In this document: positions 27,752-37,810 of the stretch, in pieces | Numbering within the stretch: the first letter of the stretch is position 1 | Layout: every line of letters begins with the position of its first letter | Source: an uncultured Methanosarcinales archaeon | Lineage (GTDB): Archaea; Nanobdellota; Nanobdellia; Woesearchaeales; SKGA01 | DNA: 59,192 bases | Assembly (NCBI GenBank): GCA_964428445.1 | Contig: CAYRYC010000002.1 | Location: 1 to 59,192 of the forward strand | Reading direction: 5' to 3' | Program-made: the position numbers and the translations under genes | The notes under the pieces: generated by a model | The model's database searches: none | The model's input: the letters and a program-made list of their open reading frames with translations, nothing else | What the model was told of the DNA's origin: nothing

Positions 27752-29014
27752 TCATAACAACAGTTTTATAGACATAGCTCTCGAATTACAGAATTCTTCT
27801 TTAATTATCCAAGATAAGAAATCACTAGCTTCAATAAATTCTCTTTTTAATGTAACATGTAAATAAGCATCTTTCTCGAAAACAGAATCTCCATGTTTCT
27901 CTTTAAATTGTTTAGCTCCTTCGGTGACTTTCGCAGGAGGACCTTTACGAACATACTCTTTTTCTAAAGATTTACTATCTATAAAAAAATAAATATGGGA
28001 AAGATCATTAAAATTCCAAGAAGATCTATTAATAGTAAAACCATACTCGGTCATTTCTCTTTGAATGTATTCAAATATTTTTAGAATTTTTGTTCCAACA
28101 ACATCTTTATGTCCTTCTAAAGGTTTAATTTCTAATGCGAGAAATAATTCATTTTTTTCTTTTGATTCTTTAACTTCATCAATTACAAAAGGTTTGATTG
28201 TGAAAAAATCTTCAGACGCTTGCGCTAAAAATTCATTTGCTGCAAAAACTAATTTATCAAACTTTTCTTCACAAATTGCTGCAGATGCATTTCTCATTTG
28301 GTCAATGGGATCTACCACTATCAAAGGAGATTCTAGTTTTGCTTTATTCATAGATTTGAAAACATCTTCGTGTTTTTTTTCATGATCAATAACAACGGGT
28401 TCTTCCCAACGAGAAACATTTTCTAAAAAAGATTCAAATGAACCATAATGAATTAATAAAATATCAAGAACGTGACCGGAGATTCCATTGATGTAACTTT
28501 CTGCACCATAAACTCCTTGAGCTTTGCAAAATTGTTTAGCAAGTAAAATATCTTTTCTTAGTTCATCGTTTAGATATTTTTCCACCCAAAAAACATGAAG
28601 AGGAGACATGTCCGTAACATTATCTGCTTCAGTGGAAAGAGTTATTAATTTTACAGGAACAAGTTCAAAATGAAGATCTTTGTATACAAAATTAAAATAA
28701 TCTCTTGAACCATGAATTCTTTCAACAGTAATTTTTTCTTCTTTTGCTAAGTCTTTAAGAAAAATTTCTAATTCATTTGAAATATTATTTTTTTCAGTTT
28801 TGAATCTGACAAAAATATCAACATCATGATTTCCTTTAAGGAAAGTTCCTTTCGCAGTTGATCCTCCTGGAACAATATCTACTTCAATATTATTCTTTTT
28901 CGCAGAAGAATAAATAATAGAAACTATTTTATCCGTTGCTTGTTTAATTATTTTAAGTTCTTCACTACTCGGAGTTATTTTGTCAAGGATTTTAGTATAA
29001 TCTATAAGAGTCAT
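27752..29014 (-). CDS. cca: CCA-adding tRNA nucleotidyltransferase (archaeal class I)
   Basis: GGSTAKGTFLKGNHDVDIFVRF is the class I NT motif. 420 aa, typical archaeal length. Confidence 0.85.
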   Translation of the reverse strand: MTLIDYTKILDKITPSSEELKIIKQATDKIVSIIYSSAKKNNIEVDIVPGGSTAKGTFLKGNHDVDIFVRFKTEKNNISNELEIFLKDLAKEEKITVERIHGSRDYFNFVYKDLHFELVPVKLITLSTEADNVTDMSPLHVFWVEKYLNDELRKDILLAKQFCKAQGVYGAESYINGISGHVLDILLIHYGSFESFLENVSRWEEPVVIDHEKKHEDVFKSMNKAKLESPLIVVDPIDQMRNASAAICEEKFDKLVFAANEFLAQASEDFFTIKPFVIDEVKESKEKNELFLALEIKPLEGHKDVVGTKILKIFEYIQREMTEYGFTINRSSWNFNDLSHIYFFIDSKSLEKEYVRKGPPAKVTEGAKQFKEKHGDSVFEKDAYLHVTLKREFIEASDFLSWIIKEEFCNSRAMSIKLLL

Positions 29015-29100
29015 TTTTCAAAAAGATGCTTGGCAAAGAATTTGCCAACACCTATCGTAAACTCAAGGAAAAAAGAAATATAAAAAGCTATGGGTTAAGT

Positions 29101-29784
29101 TTAACCAAAATAACTCATTTGTTTAGCTTGAGACTCTTTAGCAGTACTATTTGCTTGTTCCATAATTCCTTTTATTTTACCTTCAAAGAGTTCTGCTTGT
29201 GCTAATAGAGGAGCAGTATCAAGATCAATACCTAAGTAGGTTCCTAGAAGAGCCATAGTTTTTGCTGCAGCTCTGCTGTCAGGCATAGTTGATTTTGTTT
29301 CTGCAAACAAACAAGAAATATTTTTTTGTCGAACTAACATTGCAGCAGTAACGCCCATAACAACAGACTCACTAACATTTTCTGCACCTAGTTTTTCAAA
29401 CTTTTTGTTTTGGAAAGAATAAATTTTATCTCCTTCGATGCTTCCAGTTACACCTTCAAGGGAAATTGTTTCTTTTACTTCTAAATCAGTACACATTTTT
29501 GCAACAACATCTGCAACTTCCCATTCAAAACCTTTAACATCAAGAATGGTGTGAAGAATTAAAACATTATATTTTTTATTGTAAAATACAGACATAGGAT
29601 AAATTAATTCTCCTTTGTGAATAGCTACTGTTGCTGGCAAATCGTCATAAATAAATTCACCAATTTTTTCACATTTAAGATGATCAATTAAGAATTCAGT
29701 AACAATAGTTCCTACAAGACCAAAACCAGGAAATCCTTCGATAAGTGTAGCCCCTTTAGGTTTCTTTTTTAGTACAATTTTCAT
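29101..29784 (-). CDS. PAC2-family proteasome assembly chaperone-like protein
   Basis: N-terminal LIEGFPGFGLVGTIV motif. Confidence 0.7.
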   Translation of the reverse strand: MKIVLKKKPKGATLIEGFPGFGLVGTIVTEFLIDHLKCEKIGEFIYDDLPATVAIHKGELIYPMSVFYNKKYNVLILHTILDVKGFEWEVADVVAKMCTDLEVKETISLEGVTGSIEGDKIYSFQNKKFEKLGAENVSESVVMGVTAAMLVRQKNISCLFAETKSTMPDSRAAAKTMALLGTYLGIDLDTAPLLAQAELFEGKIKGIMEQANSTAKESQAKQMSYFG

Positions 29785-29849
29785 ATTATTTACCTCACGA
29801 TATGTTTAAAATTTTATGATATTTAAAATCTTTGTTTTATTTTAAAAAA

Positions 29850-31841
29850 TTAAATGAATGAAATTTCTTCATCGTTTGTTTTTATTCCATCAATAACCAA
29901 ATAATTCCAAAATAAACCTTTATACTTATTTATGATAACAGCAAAGCCGGCTTCTCTGAATAATTTTTTAAGAGCTTCCATGTCAGAGAGAATCATTTTA
30001 TTTGGAATTATTTTATACAAATCAACATAATCAAAAAAATGAATTCTTCCGTTTTCAGGAAGAAGGTCTGCAAGTTGTTTAAGGAATACTTCTTCAGATT
30101 GTAAATCGCTCAAAAGACCGAAACTAAAAATTTCATCAACATTCTTCACATCGGGATGAACTCGGGAAATCAAATGTTCATCGACTAAAACAGTGACGTT
30201 GTGTTCTCCTTTTGCTCGTTTTTGAATAATTCTTTTTAGATGTTCAGACTGTTCTATAATAATTTGTTCCTTAGGATGCCTTTTTGCAATGTCTCTGCTG
30301 AGAAGACCACTACTTGCACCTAATTCTAGTACAATATTCCCTTCGATTTTTGCATTCGCAAGAACTTTTTTATGAATTCTTTTTGGAAAGAAAACTCTTT
30401 CGAAGAAAATAGAAACAACTGCTGTTTCGTTTTTGAAACGAATGGTTGCTTGAGGATCGTAATGGAAAAATAATAATAAAAATAAAGGTAGACTAAAAAA
30501 TAAGAATCCAAATAAAATACCTAGTGTCGATATTGCGTGGCTTGCGCTTGATCCCCATAATACAACAAGAGAAAGACCAAATAAAATCAATATTATTGGA
30601 CCTGTCTTTCCTAAAGGAGCTTTGTATGGCCTAGGAGTATCTTTGAATTTCTTTCTCACAACCAATAAACTTAGAACAACACTTGAATAAAGAACAAGAA
30701 CAAGAGGAACAAGTATGTGAAGAAGAGCTTCATAGTTTCCTGCGCCAACAATTACTAAAATACTTGTTAAAATTGCTTGAAAAATAATTGCTTTGTAAGG
30801 AGTTTTTGTTTTTGGATGAATTTTTGAAAGTTGAGGAATAAATAATTTATCTTTTGCCAATGCAATAATAAGATTTGGTGAAGCAACAATCCAACCCGCC
30901 ACACTACCCATAATTGCAAGGTAAACGAGAAGAGCATACCACTTACCTATGACGGCTCCATAGATAACAGTTGCAAGATCAGATAAAGGAGTAAGAGAAT
31001 TTCCCAGAACACTCCAATGAATAAGAGATGATGAAGCAATAACAAACAATAAAACACCAACAGCGATAATAATTGTTGCTCTGATTAATACCTTAGGCAT
31101 AACTTTTCTAGGGTTCTTAACTTTCTCTGCAAGGAATGTTGCAGTTTCCCAACCAAAAAAAGTTTCTGCAATAAGAAATATAGTTACAAAGATAACAGAT
31201 ATACCTCCAATGATTCCCATGAATGAAAATTCTAAATTCGAAAATGCTGAATGGGCAAACCAACCAACAAAATTAGAAGGATCAAAATTGATGAGTCCAG
31301 GGATCATAATTCCACAAACAGAAGTAATAGTAATAATAGCGAACGCAACAAGCATAACTGAACTTGTCTTTAAACCTTTGAATGCCATATAGTTAAATAA
31401 AAAAACAAAAGCAATACTCACAGCAATTAACATCGCATCTGGAAGAAAAGGGCCTATGTATTTTACCGCACCAACAATAAGCATAGCGATAGTAACGTTT
31501 GCTGCGATGAGCGTCATCCAACCGAGAACAAAACTCCAGAAAGGACCGAAGGCCATCTTTGCATATTCATAGACTCCACCTTCTTTGGGAAAGAGACCAA
31601 TAAGTTCTGCGAAAATCATACTGTAATAAATCGCAATAGCGCCCATAATAATCCAAGAAATAATTGCAAAAAGTCCTGCTTCTCTCGCACCGATCGCCGG
31701 GAGAAAGAAAATACCAGTACCTACAATTGAGTTTATAGTGATAAGAAAGATAGTAAAAAAGCCAAGCTTACCTTTATTCTCTTGATCATTTACTTCAAAA
31801 GAAGTGTCAGGGTTCGGAACAAGCTCATCCACCATGAACAC
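29850..31841 (-). CDS. APC-family amino acid permease fused to a C-terminal class I SAM methyltransferase domain
   Basis: A polytopic N-terminal permease (roughly 11-12 spans; FFLPAIGAREAG...), then VLELGASSGLLSRDIA (motif I) and a soluble domain of about 190 aa. Confidence 0.7.
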   Translation of the reverse strand: MFMVDELVPNPDTSFEVNDQENKGKLGFFTIFLITINSIVGTGIFFLPAIGAREAGLFAIISWIIMGAIAIYYSMIFAELIGLFPKEGGVYEYAKMAFGPFWSFVLGWMTLIAANVTIAMLIVGAVKYIGPFLPDAMLIAVSIAFVFLFNYMAFKGLKTSSVMLVAFAIITITSVCGIMIPGLINFDPSNFVGWFAHSAFSNLEFSFMGIIGGISVIFVTIFLIAETFFGWETATFLAEKVKNPRKVMPKVLIRATIIIAVGVLLFVIASSSLIHWSVLGNSLTPLSDLATVIYGAVIGKWYALLVYLAIMGSVAGWIVASPNLIIALAKDKLFIPQLSKIHPKTKTPYKAIIFQAILTSILVIVGAGNYEALLHILVPLVLVLYSSVVLSLLVVRKKFKDTPRPYKAPLGKTGPIILILFGLSLVVLWGSSASHAISTLGILFGFLFFSLPLFLLLFFHYDPQATIRFKNETAVVSIFFERVFFPKRIHKKVLANAKIEGNIVLELGASSGLLSRDIAKRHPKEQIIIEQSEHLKRIIQKRAKGEHNVTVLVDEHLISRVHPDVKNVDEIFSFGLLSDLQSEEVFLKQLADLLPENGRIHFFDYVDLYKIIPNKMILSDMEALKKLFREAGFAVIINKYKGLFWNYLVIDGIKTNDEEISFI

Positions 31842-31913
31842 TTAGCTAAATTAAGAGTATAAAAAGGCTTTGATAAGCAAAATTTATAACAATATGCGTA
31901 TTTAGAGAAAATA

Positions 31914-32324
31914 ATGGCAAGAAATCAAGTAGACCCGGAACATATCAAAGAAGCTCATGTGACTTATCTTGGTAATGTTCATCTAGCAGGAAAATATGGA
32001 CTCCATGCAGTTTCAACATATGACCAAAAATGGAAAGAACTAGATCTCGAAGTAGATCATACTCTGCCAAAAGAGATGAAAAAAATTAAACTTATTCCTT
32101 CAGAACTTGAAGGAGCAGTAAATAGTTGGTACGATATGCATGAAGGAGATGAATTTGAAGCAGCAAAAAAAAATCCTTGGGTTACTCATGGAGCCATTAG
32201 AAAATGCTGGAAAAATAACGAAATAGGAATTTATGCCAAATCTTCTTTTAACAATAAAAGCTCAGCAGTAACAACACATAATAAAATATACAAGAATACA
32301 GGAGCTATGAAAGGAGCTGAATAA
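31914..32324 (+). CDS. hypothetical protein
   Basis: 136-aa ORF with no recognised motif. Confidence 0.4.
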   Translation: MARNQVDPEHIKEAHVTYLGNVHLAGKYGLHAVSTYDQKWKELDLEVDHTLPKEMKKIKLIPSELEGAVNSWYDMHEGDEFEAAKKNPWVTHGAIRKCWKNNEIGIYAKSSFNNKSSAVTTHNKIYKNTGAMKGAE

Positions 32325-32439
32325 TTACTTTTATAAAGAGAAAGAGACTTTCTCACCCTACAACTGAGGGCACAATGTGCTGTGGTTTGGCTTCTAAAGC
32401 CACCAGGTCTTGGCGTGATCCTTCGGAAAGGTAAATACA

Positions 32440-32913
32440 ATGGCAGAAATAAAAATTAATATTGGAGATTCCAAAACAAAGAAAACTTACAACAAGACAA
32501 TTACTCCTGAACAACTTCAGAGTTATATGGGTAAAAAAATCGGAGACAAGGTTTCCGGAGATTTTATCGAACTTCCTGGTTACGAACTTGAAATCAAGGG
32601 CGGTAGCGACAAAACAGGAACTCCTATGCGTAAAGACGTCGAAGGATATGCTCCTAAGAAAGTCTTAATCACAGGCGGAGTTGGACTTCGAAATACCAAG
32701 CGAAAAGGTAAAAGAGTTCGAAGACGAGTTGCAGGAAATACAGTTTATGAAGGTACTTCTCAACTTAATCTAGCGGTTGTAAAATGGGGAAAAGATCCTA
32801 TCGAGCCACTTCCAGAGCCTGAAGCAGCGCCTGAAGCGCCTGCAGAAGCAGCAGCACCAGCTCCTGTAGAGAAAAAAGCTGAAGCTCCAGAAGAAGCTAA
32901 AAAAGAAGAGTAA
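32440..32913 (+). CDS. rps6e: 30S ribosomal protein S6e with an Ala/Pro/Glu-rich C-terminal tail
   Basis: GDFIELPGYELEIKGGSDKTGTPMRKDVEG is canonical S6e. The tail reads PEPEAAPEAPAEAAAPAPVEKKAEAPEEAKKEE. Confidence 0.9.
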   Translation: MAEIKINIGDSKTKKTYNKTITPEQLQSYMGKKIGDKVSGDFIELPGYELEIKGGSDKTGTPMRKDVEGYAPKKVLITGGVGLRNTKRKGKRVRRRVAGNTVYEGTSQLNLAVVKWGKDPIEPLPEPEAAPEAPAEAAAPAPVEKKAEAPEEAKKEE

Positions 32914-33194
32914 ATCTCTTCATTTTTTATTTTTTAATTCTCTTTCTTTATCATTCTACACGTCATTACTTAGAACTTTTAAGCAACCTTCATTTCATGT
33001 GGAAATGTCCAGATTCGGCTATTGTGCAGTATTCATCGTTCGATTTCTGTCCCCAAAACAGCTATTTACCTACCTTGGGTCCCCCTTATTTCTATTGCAG
33101 TATAGCAAATCCTACACCAAGGCCTGAGACTAAGAAATTAGCCCACAAGTAAAGCTTTATAAATCCTAAATAGTAGAACAGATGTAAATAGGGT

Positions 33195-34787
33195 GTGGAC
33201 CACACTCAAAGTAGTGTTGTGACTATGGCGGATATGAAAGAATTTGCATCTCAATCAGAAATGCTCGAGCATTTTGGAAAAGATTTAGGATGGAAAGTTG
33301 AAAGAGGAGAGTTTGTCAACCTAGAGAAAGGAATAGAAGATTATCAAACGGCAGACGATAGTGAAGAAAATGTTTATCCAGAACCAGAAATCTATTACAA
33401 ACTACATATAGAAAAAGAAAACGCAAGTTTAGAAGAAAGTTATTTCTGGACATTACACTTCTTAAGATTTGATTGCGGATTTAGTCAAATCGATAAAATT
33501 TATGATATCTTTAGTGCAGCAGAATCAAGCGCAATGTTTGGTAGCAATGCACAAAGACTTTCTATACAACAAGATAGAGCAAGCCAATACTTAGTTCAAA
33601 TAGGACAATTAGTAAAACAATTATTCCCTCTAGTTCGAGAGTTAAGAATAATAGACGAACGTCTTGAAATGTATAATAGTTGGAAGAAAAATAAAAGTGC
33701 AGACATTTCATTAAAACATTTATACATTCAATTAGTAGAAGGAGGAACTCAAAACCCTGATTCAGTCTATGGATTAGCACAAAGAGTAGGATATACAATC
33801 CTTCCTGATCTTTTCTTAAACACTCATGTTTACACAACAAAAGATATTAACAAAGTAGTTGATGAAGGTAGTGTAAAAGATTTTAACGAATCCGTAAAAA
33901 CAGTTCTTAGAAGAAAATTATACTTATACATCATATGGAAAGAGAAAACACAAAAAGAACTCGATGCAAAAAGAAAATTCCAATTACAATATTTACGACA
34001 ACACTGGGGCGTTATCAAACTTTACATGGCATGGATAAGACCATACATGAAAACAGCTGGAAGACTTGAAAGAGATCAAGGATTAACAGATAGTGCAGAT
34101 ATTATTAGTGCATTCGATAATGCAAGATCGGAAATAGAAATTCTAGCCAAAAAACCTCAAGATATAAAGAAAAAAGATGGACATTATCAATGCATTATTG
34201 CAAATTTCAAATACAAAACAACTCCTAAAATGACCTACAATGCGCAATACGGACAACAAAACGTTGCTCATGCAGGATCAATTGAAATAACATTCAGAGC
34301 ATATGGATGGCACAAAACAGATATTGAAGCATTCAAAAAAATGCGGCAAAAAGAAGACATTGCAATGTTAAAAGGTCTTGATGCACACATAAGCGGAGCT
34401 TTTGATGCATTTGGAAAAGATATAGAAGAATATCTTGAAGAAGCAGAAGAAGAAGAGGCTCTAGAAAAGAAAGTAAAGAAAAAGAAAGAAGCAGAAGAAC
34501 AAGAAGAAAAAGATCTGAAAGCACATAAGAAACAAAATAAGTTTTCAAAATTCGGACCATTAGAACCATTCTTAGAAATAGGTTCAGGATTTAGCGAATT
34601 ATTCACATCAATGTTTAGAGACGAAAAGAAAAAAGATATGAAAAAAGATAAAGGTAAAGAAAAAGAATATGATTTTAAGGATGAAAATAATAAAGAAGCT
34701 AGAGAAGGCGCTGCTAAGGGAGCAGTATTATACTCAGGAATTACCTATCAAGTTTACAAAAAAGCTCATAAACATTTGGCTTGGTGA
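33195..34787 (+). CDS. hypothetical 530-aa protein with a Lys/Glu-rich C-terminal region
   Basis: Long uninterrupted ORF. The start is uncertain (GTG at 33195 or ATG at 33225). No recognised domain. Confidence 0.5.
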   Translation: MDHTQSSVVTMADMKEFASQSEMLEHFGKDLGWKVERGEFVNLEKGIEDYQTADDSEENVYPEPEIYYKLHIEKENASLEESYFWTLHFLRFDCGFSQIDKIYDIFSAAESSAMFGSNAQRLSIQQDRASQYLVQIGQLVKQLFPLVRELRIIDERLEMYNSWKKNKSADISLKHLYIQLVEGGTQNPDSVYGLAQRVGYTILPDLFLNTHVYTTKDINKVVDEGSVKDFNESVKTVLRRKLYLYIIWKEKTQKELDAKRKFQLQYLRQHWGVIKLYMAWIRPYMKTAGRLERDQGLTDSADIISAFDNARSEIEILAKKPQDIKKKDGHYQCIIANFKYKTTPKMTYNAQYGQQNVAHAGSIEITFRAYGWHKTDIEAFKKMRQKEDIAMLKGLDAHISGAFDAFGKDIEEYLEEAEEEEALEKKVKKKKEAEEQEEKDLKAHKKQNKFSKFGPLEPFLEIGSGFSELFTSMFRDEKKKDMKKDKGKEKEYDFKDENNKEAREGAAKGAVLYSGITYQVYKKAHKHLAW

Positions 34788-34793
34788 TTTGCA

Positions 34794-35285
34794 GTGAACT
34801 GGATTAATCACTTCTTATTTTCATTTAATTTATTATACCTATTCTTCCATAATATTGCATCAATTAGTGAAATGATTCTATTCACAATAATTTTCGCTTT
34901 ACTAATAGATCTTGATTTTATAATTCGTATCTTTGTATTGAAACAAAAAAAAGGAGACAGAACCATAGTACAAGAACCATTTGGACTATTATTTATTGGT
35001 TTACCACTAGCAATACTATTAACTTACACTCTTAAGCAATACTATTTCTTTCTCGTATTGATTCCTTATGCATCACATATTTTTTTAGACTATATAACAT
35101 TACACAAAGTTTATGCATTAACTCCATTTTCGAAAAAGAAATTTAAAGTTGGTTTTATTACTCCAATGATTGCTGATGCAAGAAAGGTCAATTTAAAAAC
35201 CATTTTCAAATTAAAAGGATTTCATGAACATTATATTCTGTTAATAAATATCCTTATTTTCATTACTCTCCAAATAATCATTTAA
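34794..35285 (+). CDS. DUF457/YdjM-like membrane-bound metal-dependent hydrolase
   Basis: N-terminal NHFLFS plus SHIFLDYITLHKVYALTPFS, a histidine pattern typical of DUF457. Confidence 0.5.
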   Translation: MNWINHFLFSFNLLYLFFHNIASISEMILFTIIFALLIDLDFIIRIFVLKQKKGDRTIVQEPFGLLFIGLPLAILLTYTLKQYYFFLVLIPYASHIFLDYITLHKVYALTPFSKKKFKVGFITPMIADARKVNLKTIFKLKGFHEHYILLINILIFITLQIII

Positions 35286-35477
35286 GGAATTAAAATGGGC
35301 AGAAAGCTCACCAAAAACGGATTTCTCCACCAATTTTATAAAGAAAGCTAATTCTACAAGACATAATAAGATAAACTATGAAACGCAGTCGAAAGGAAAC
35401 CTTCCTCTGCGGTTTGAACAAAGGTCCAAACAATGGGAAAATCCGAAAGGAGTTTGCCATTTTGAGTGAAACGAAAA

Positions 35478-36581
35478 ATGGGAAAAAACGACGCTAAAAT
35501 CAAGGAGTTAGAAGAACGTATTTCTAGTACTAAATACAACAAGAAAACTCAAGCAGCTATCGGACAGTACAAAGCCCAGATTGCAAAACTCAAAGAAGTT
35601 AATGAAGCTCGACGAAGCGTCGGAAAAGGCGGAGGAGTTGGAGCAGGATGGGAAGTACGTAAAACCGGAGACGGTACTGTAATACTAATAGGTTTCCCAA
35701 GCGCAGGTAAGTCCACACTTCTTAATGCATTAACAGATGCAGATTCAGAAATAGGATCATACGCATTCACAACATTAACATGTATCCCTGGAGTTATGCA
35801 ACACAAACACGCAAAAATTCAAATCCTAGATGTTCCTGGAATTGTAAAAGGAGCAGCAAGTGGAAAAGGACGAGGAAAAGAAGTTCTTGCAAGTATGCGA
35901 AGCGCAGATTTCTGTTTAATTCTTCTCGATGCAACTCGACCAGAAGAACATAAAGTAATTGTAAAAGAAATATACGAGACAAACATCAGAGTTAATCAAA
36001 TACGACCAGATGTTAAAATTGTAAGAACAGGGAAAGATGGAATCAGAATGGGTTCCACGGTTAAACTAACACATCTTAATGAAGAAACAATAAAAGGAAT
36101 TCTAAAAACTTTCAGAATAAATAATGCAGACGTTGTTCTTAGAGAAAACATCACAGATGATCAACTTATCGATTGTATCGAAGATAATAAAAAATATATG
36201 GTAGGAATAACTGTTGTAAACAAATGCGATTTGGTTTCTCCAACAGAACTTAAAAAAGTAATGAAGAAATATAAAGCAGACATCGCAATAAGTGCTGTAG
36301 AAAAAATCAACATAGAAGAACTCAAAGAATTAATTTTCCAAAAGCTCGATCTTATTAGAATATATCTAAAAGAACCTACAAAAGAAGCTGATATGAAAAT
36401 TCCATTAATCGTTTTCAGAAACTGTACAATAAAAGATGTGTGTTTAAAACTGCACAAAGATTTTGTTTCTAAATTTAAGTTTGCTCGGACATGGGGACTA
36501 GGAGCTAAGTTTGATGGTCAAAAAGTTATGCTGAAGCATAAATTAAAAGATCAAGATGTTTTAGAATTACATTTGAGATAA
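35478..36581 (+). CDS. DRG-family (Obg-like) GTPase with a TGS domain
   Basis: G1 GFPSAGKSTLLNALT, G3 DVPG, G4 NKCD, and a C-terminal TGS-like region. Confidence 0.88.
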   Translation: MGKNDAKIKELEERISSTKYNKKTQAAIGQYKAQIAKLKEVNEARRSVGKGGGVGAGWEVRKTGDGTVILIGFPSAGKSTLLNALTDADSEIGSYAFTTLTCIPGVMQHKHAKIQILDVPGIVKGAASGKGRGKEVLASMRSADFCLILLDATRPEEHKVIVKEIYETNIRVNQIRPDVKIVRTGKDGIRMGSTVKLTHLNEETIKGILKTFRINNADVVLRENITDDQLIDCIEDNKKYMVGITVVNKCDLVSPTELKKVMKKYKADIAISAVEKINIEELKELIFQKLDLIRIYLKEPTKEADMKIPLIVFRNCTIKDVCLKLHKDFVSKFKFARTWGLGAKFDGQKVMLKHKLKDQDVLELHLR

Positions 36582-37487
36582 TTAATCATCATCCAATTTT
36601 GTTGTAATAATTGGCTTTCCATCAGTTATTAAGAAAGAATGTTCTGTTTGAGAAACCATACCACTACCTACTTCTCGTAGAGGAGGATGTCCATGAACAA
36701 GACCTGCACGTTCTAATTCCTTAAGACCTAGACGAGTTTTACCAACGCCGAATTCTTTTTCCAGCCATCGGGATGCAAAAGGCAATCCATTGTAGGAATT
36801 AATTTTCTTAAGAAGTTCTCGAGCAATTGGAGATCGAACTCTAGCAGGAGAATCAAGAGGGCTAAATACGGTTGCCGTTCCGCCTTCGGCAATCATTCCT
36901 TTACCATCGGTTGCGAAAGGTTCGCATGCGACAGTCATTCCTTCTTTTAGTTCGATTTTAGTATCTAGTTTAATATTAGGAATGGAAGGATCTGTGTGAA
37001 TTTGATATTGACCAAGACCATGGCCTGAAAGATTTCTTACTGGTTGAAAACCAAGTCCTGAAATTGTTTCTTGGATTGTTGCGCCAATCTCTCCAGTTTT
37101 AGTTCCAACAACCATCATTTCAGATGCTGCATTGAGAGCTGCTCGACTTGCTGCAACTAATTCTTTGTATTTTCCATCTAAATTTACAGTTGTTGCTGTG
37201 TCTCCAATAAAACCATTAATATGTGCACCAACGTCAAGTTTTGCGACATCAGATTCTTTTAGAACTGTTTCATCGCCAAGATCACTGCACGCATGAGCTG
37301 CAACTTTGTTCAAAGAAATTTGTGCGGGAAAAGCAATGCCTGCTCCTTTATCTTGTATGAATTTTTCAATACTATCTAAAACATCTTTAATTTTAGAATC
37401 AGCTTTCATAAGAGAAACACCATACTCTCTAGCTTGACCAGCTATTTTACCAGCTTGCTTGTACTGTTCTATAGATTCCTTATCCAT
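36582..37487 (-). CDS. map: methionine aminopeptidase, type 2 (archaeal)
   Basis: FPAQISLNKVAAHA, DVGAHINGFIGDTA and SGHGLGQYQIH are metal-ligand motifs. Confidence 0.9.
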   Translation of the reverse strand: MDKESIEQYKQAGKIAGQAREYGVSLMKADSKIKDVLDSIEKFIQDKGAGIAFPAQISLNKVAAHACSDLGDETVLKESDVAKLDVGAHINGFIGDTATTVNLDGKYKELVAASRAALNAASEMMVVGTKTGEIGATIQETISGLGFQPVRNLSGHGLGQYQIHTDPSIPNIKLDTKIELKEGMTVACEPFATDGKGMIAEGGTATVFSPLDSPARVRSPIARELLKKINSYNGLPFASRWLEKEFGVGKTRLGLKELERAGLVHGHPPLREVGSGMVSQTEHSFLITDGKPIITTKLDDD

Positions 37488-37574
37488 GTCTAAAGGAAAG
37501 AATCAAGAGTTTTAAAAACCACCGGTTTCCAAACCCTAAAACAAGTTTCAGATATAAAAAAGTATTGTGCTAGA

Positions 37575-37751
37575 TTAATCATGATGGACAAGAACAGCTA
37601 GAACAACAGCGAAGCCAATACTAAGAAAAGCCCATTCTGAGAGATTATTAAGAAGAAGGAATAGAGCTACTAGAAGAAATATACCAGGTATAATATATCC
37701 AGGATACTTGACGTATTTTTTGAGAGTTTTATTCAAACTTTTCTTTGCCAT
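37575..37751 (-). CDS. 58-aa membrane peptide (hypothetical)
   Basis: Below the track cutoff. Translation: MAKKSLNKTLKKYVKYPGYIIPGIFLLVALFLLLNNLSEWAFLSIGFAVVLAVLVHHD. Confidence 0.35.
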   Translation of the reverse strand: MAKKSLNKTLKKYVKYPGYIIPGIFLLVALFLLLNNLSEWAFLSIGFAVVLAVLVHHD

Positions 37752-37810
37752 TTTTTTATTTACATTTCTAGATTATATAAAATTGCCTATTCTTCATAAA
37801 ATATTATTTC

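Noticed and set aside
32231-32440. 69-aa minus-strand ORF upstream of rps6e
   Set aside because: It overlaps the 3' end of 31914..32324 and the GC-rich leader and has no start context. The region is treated as non-coding.
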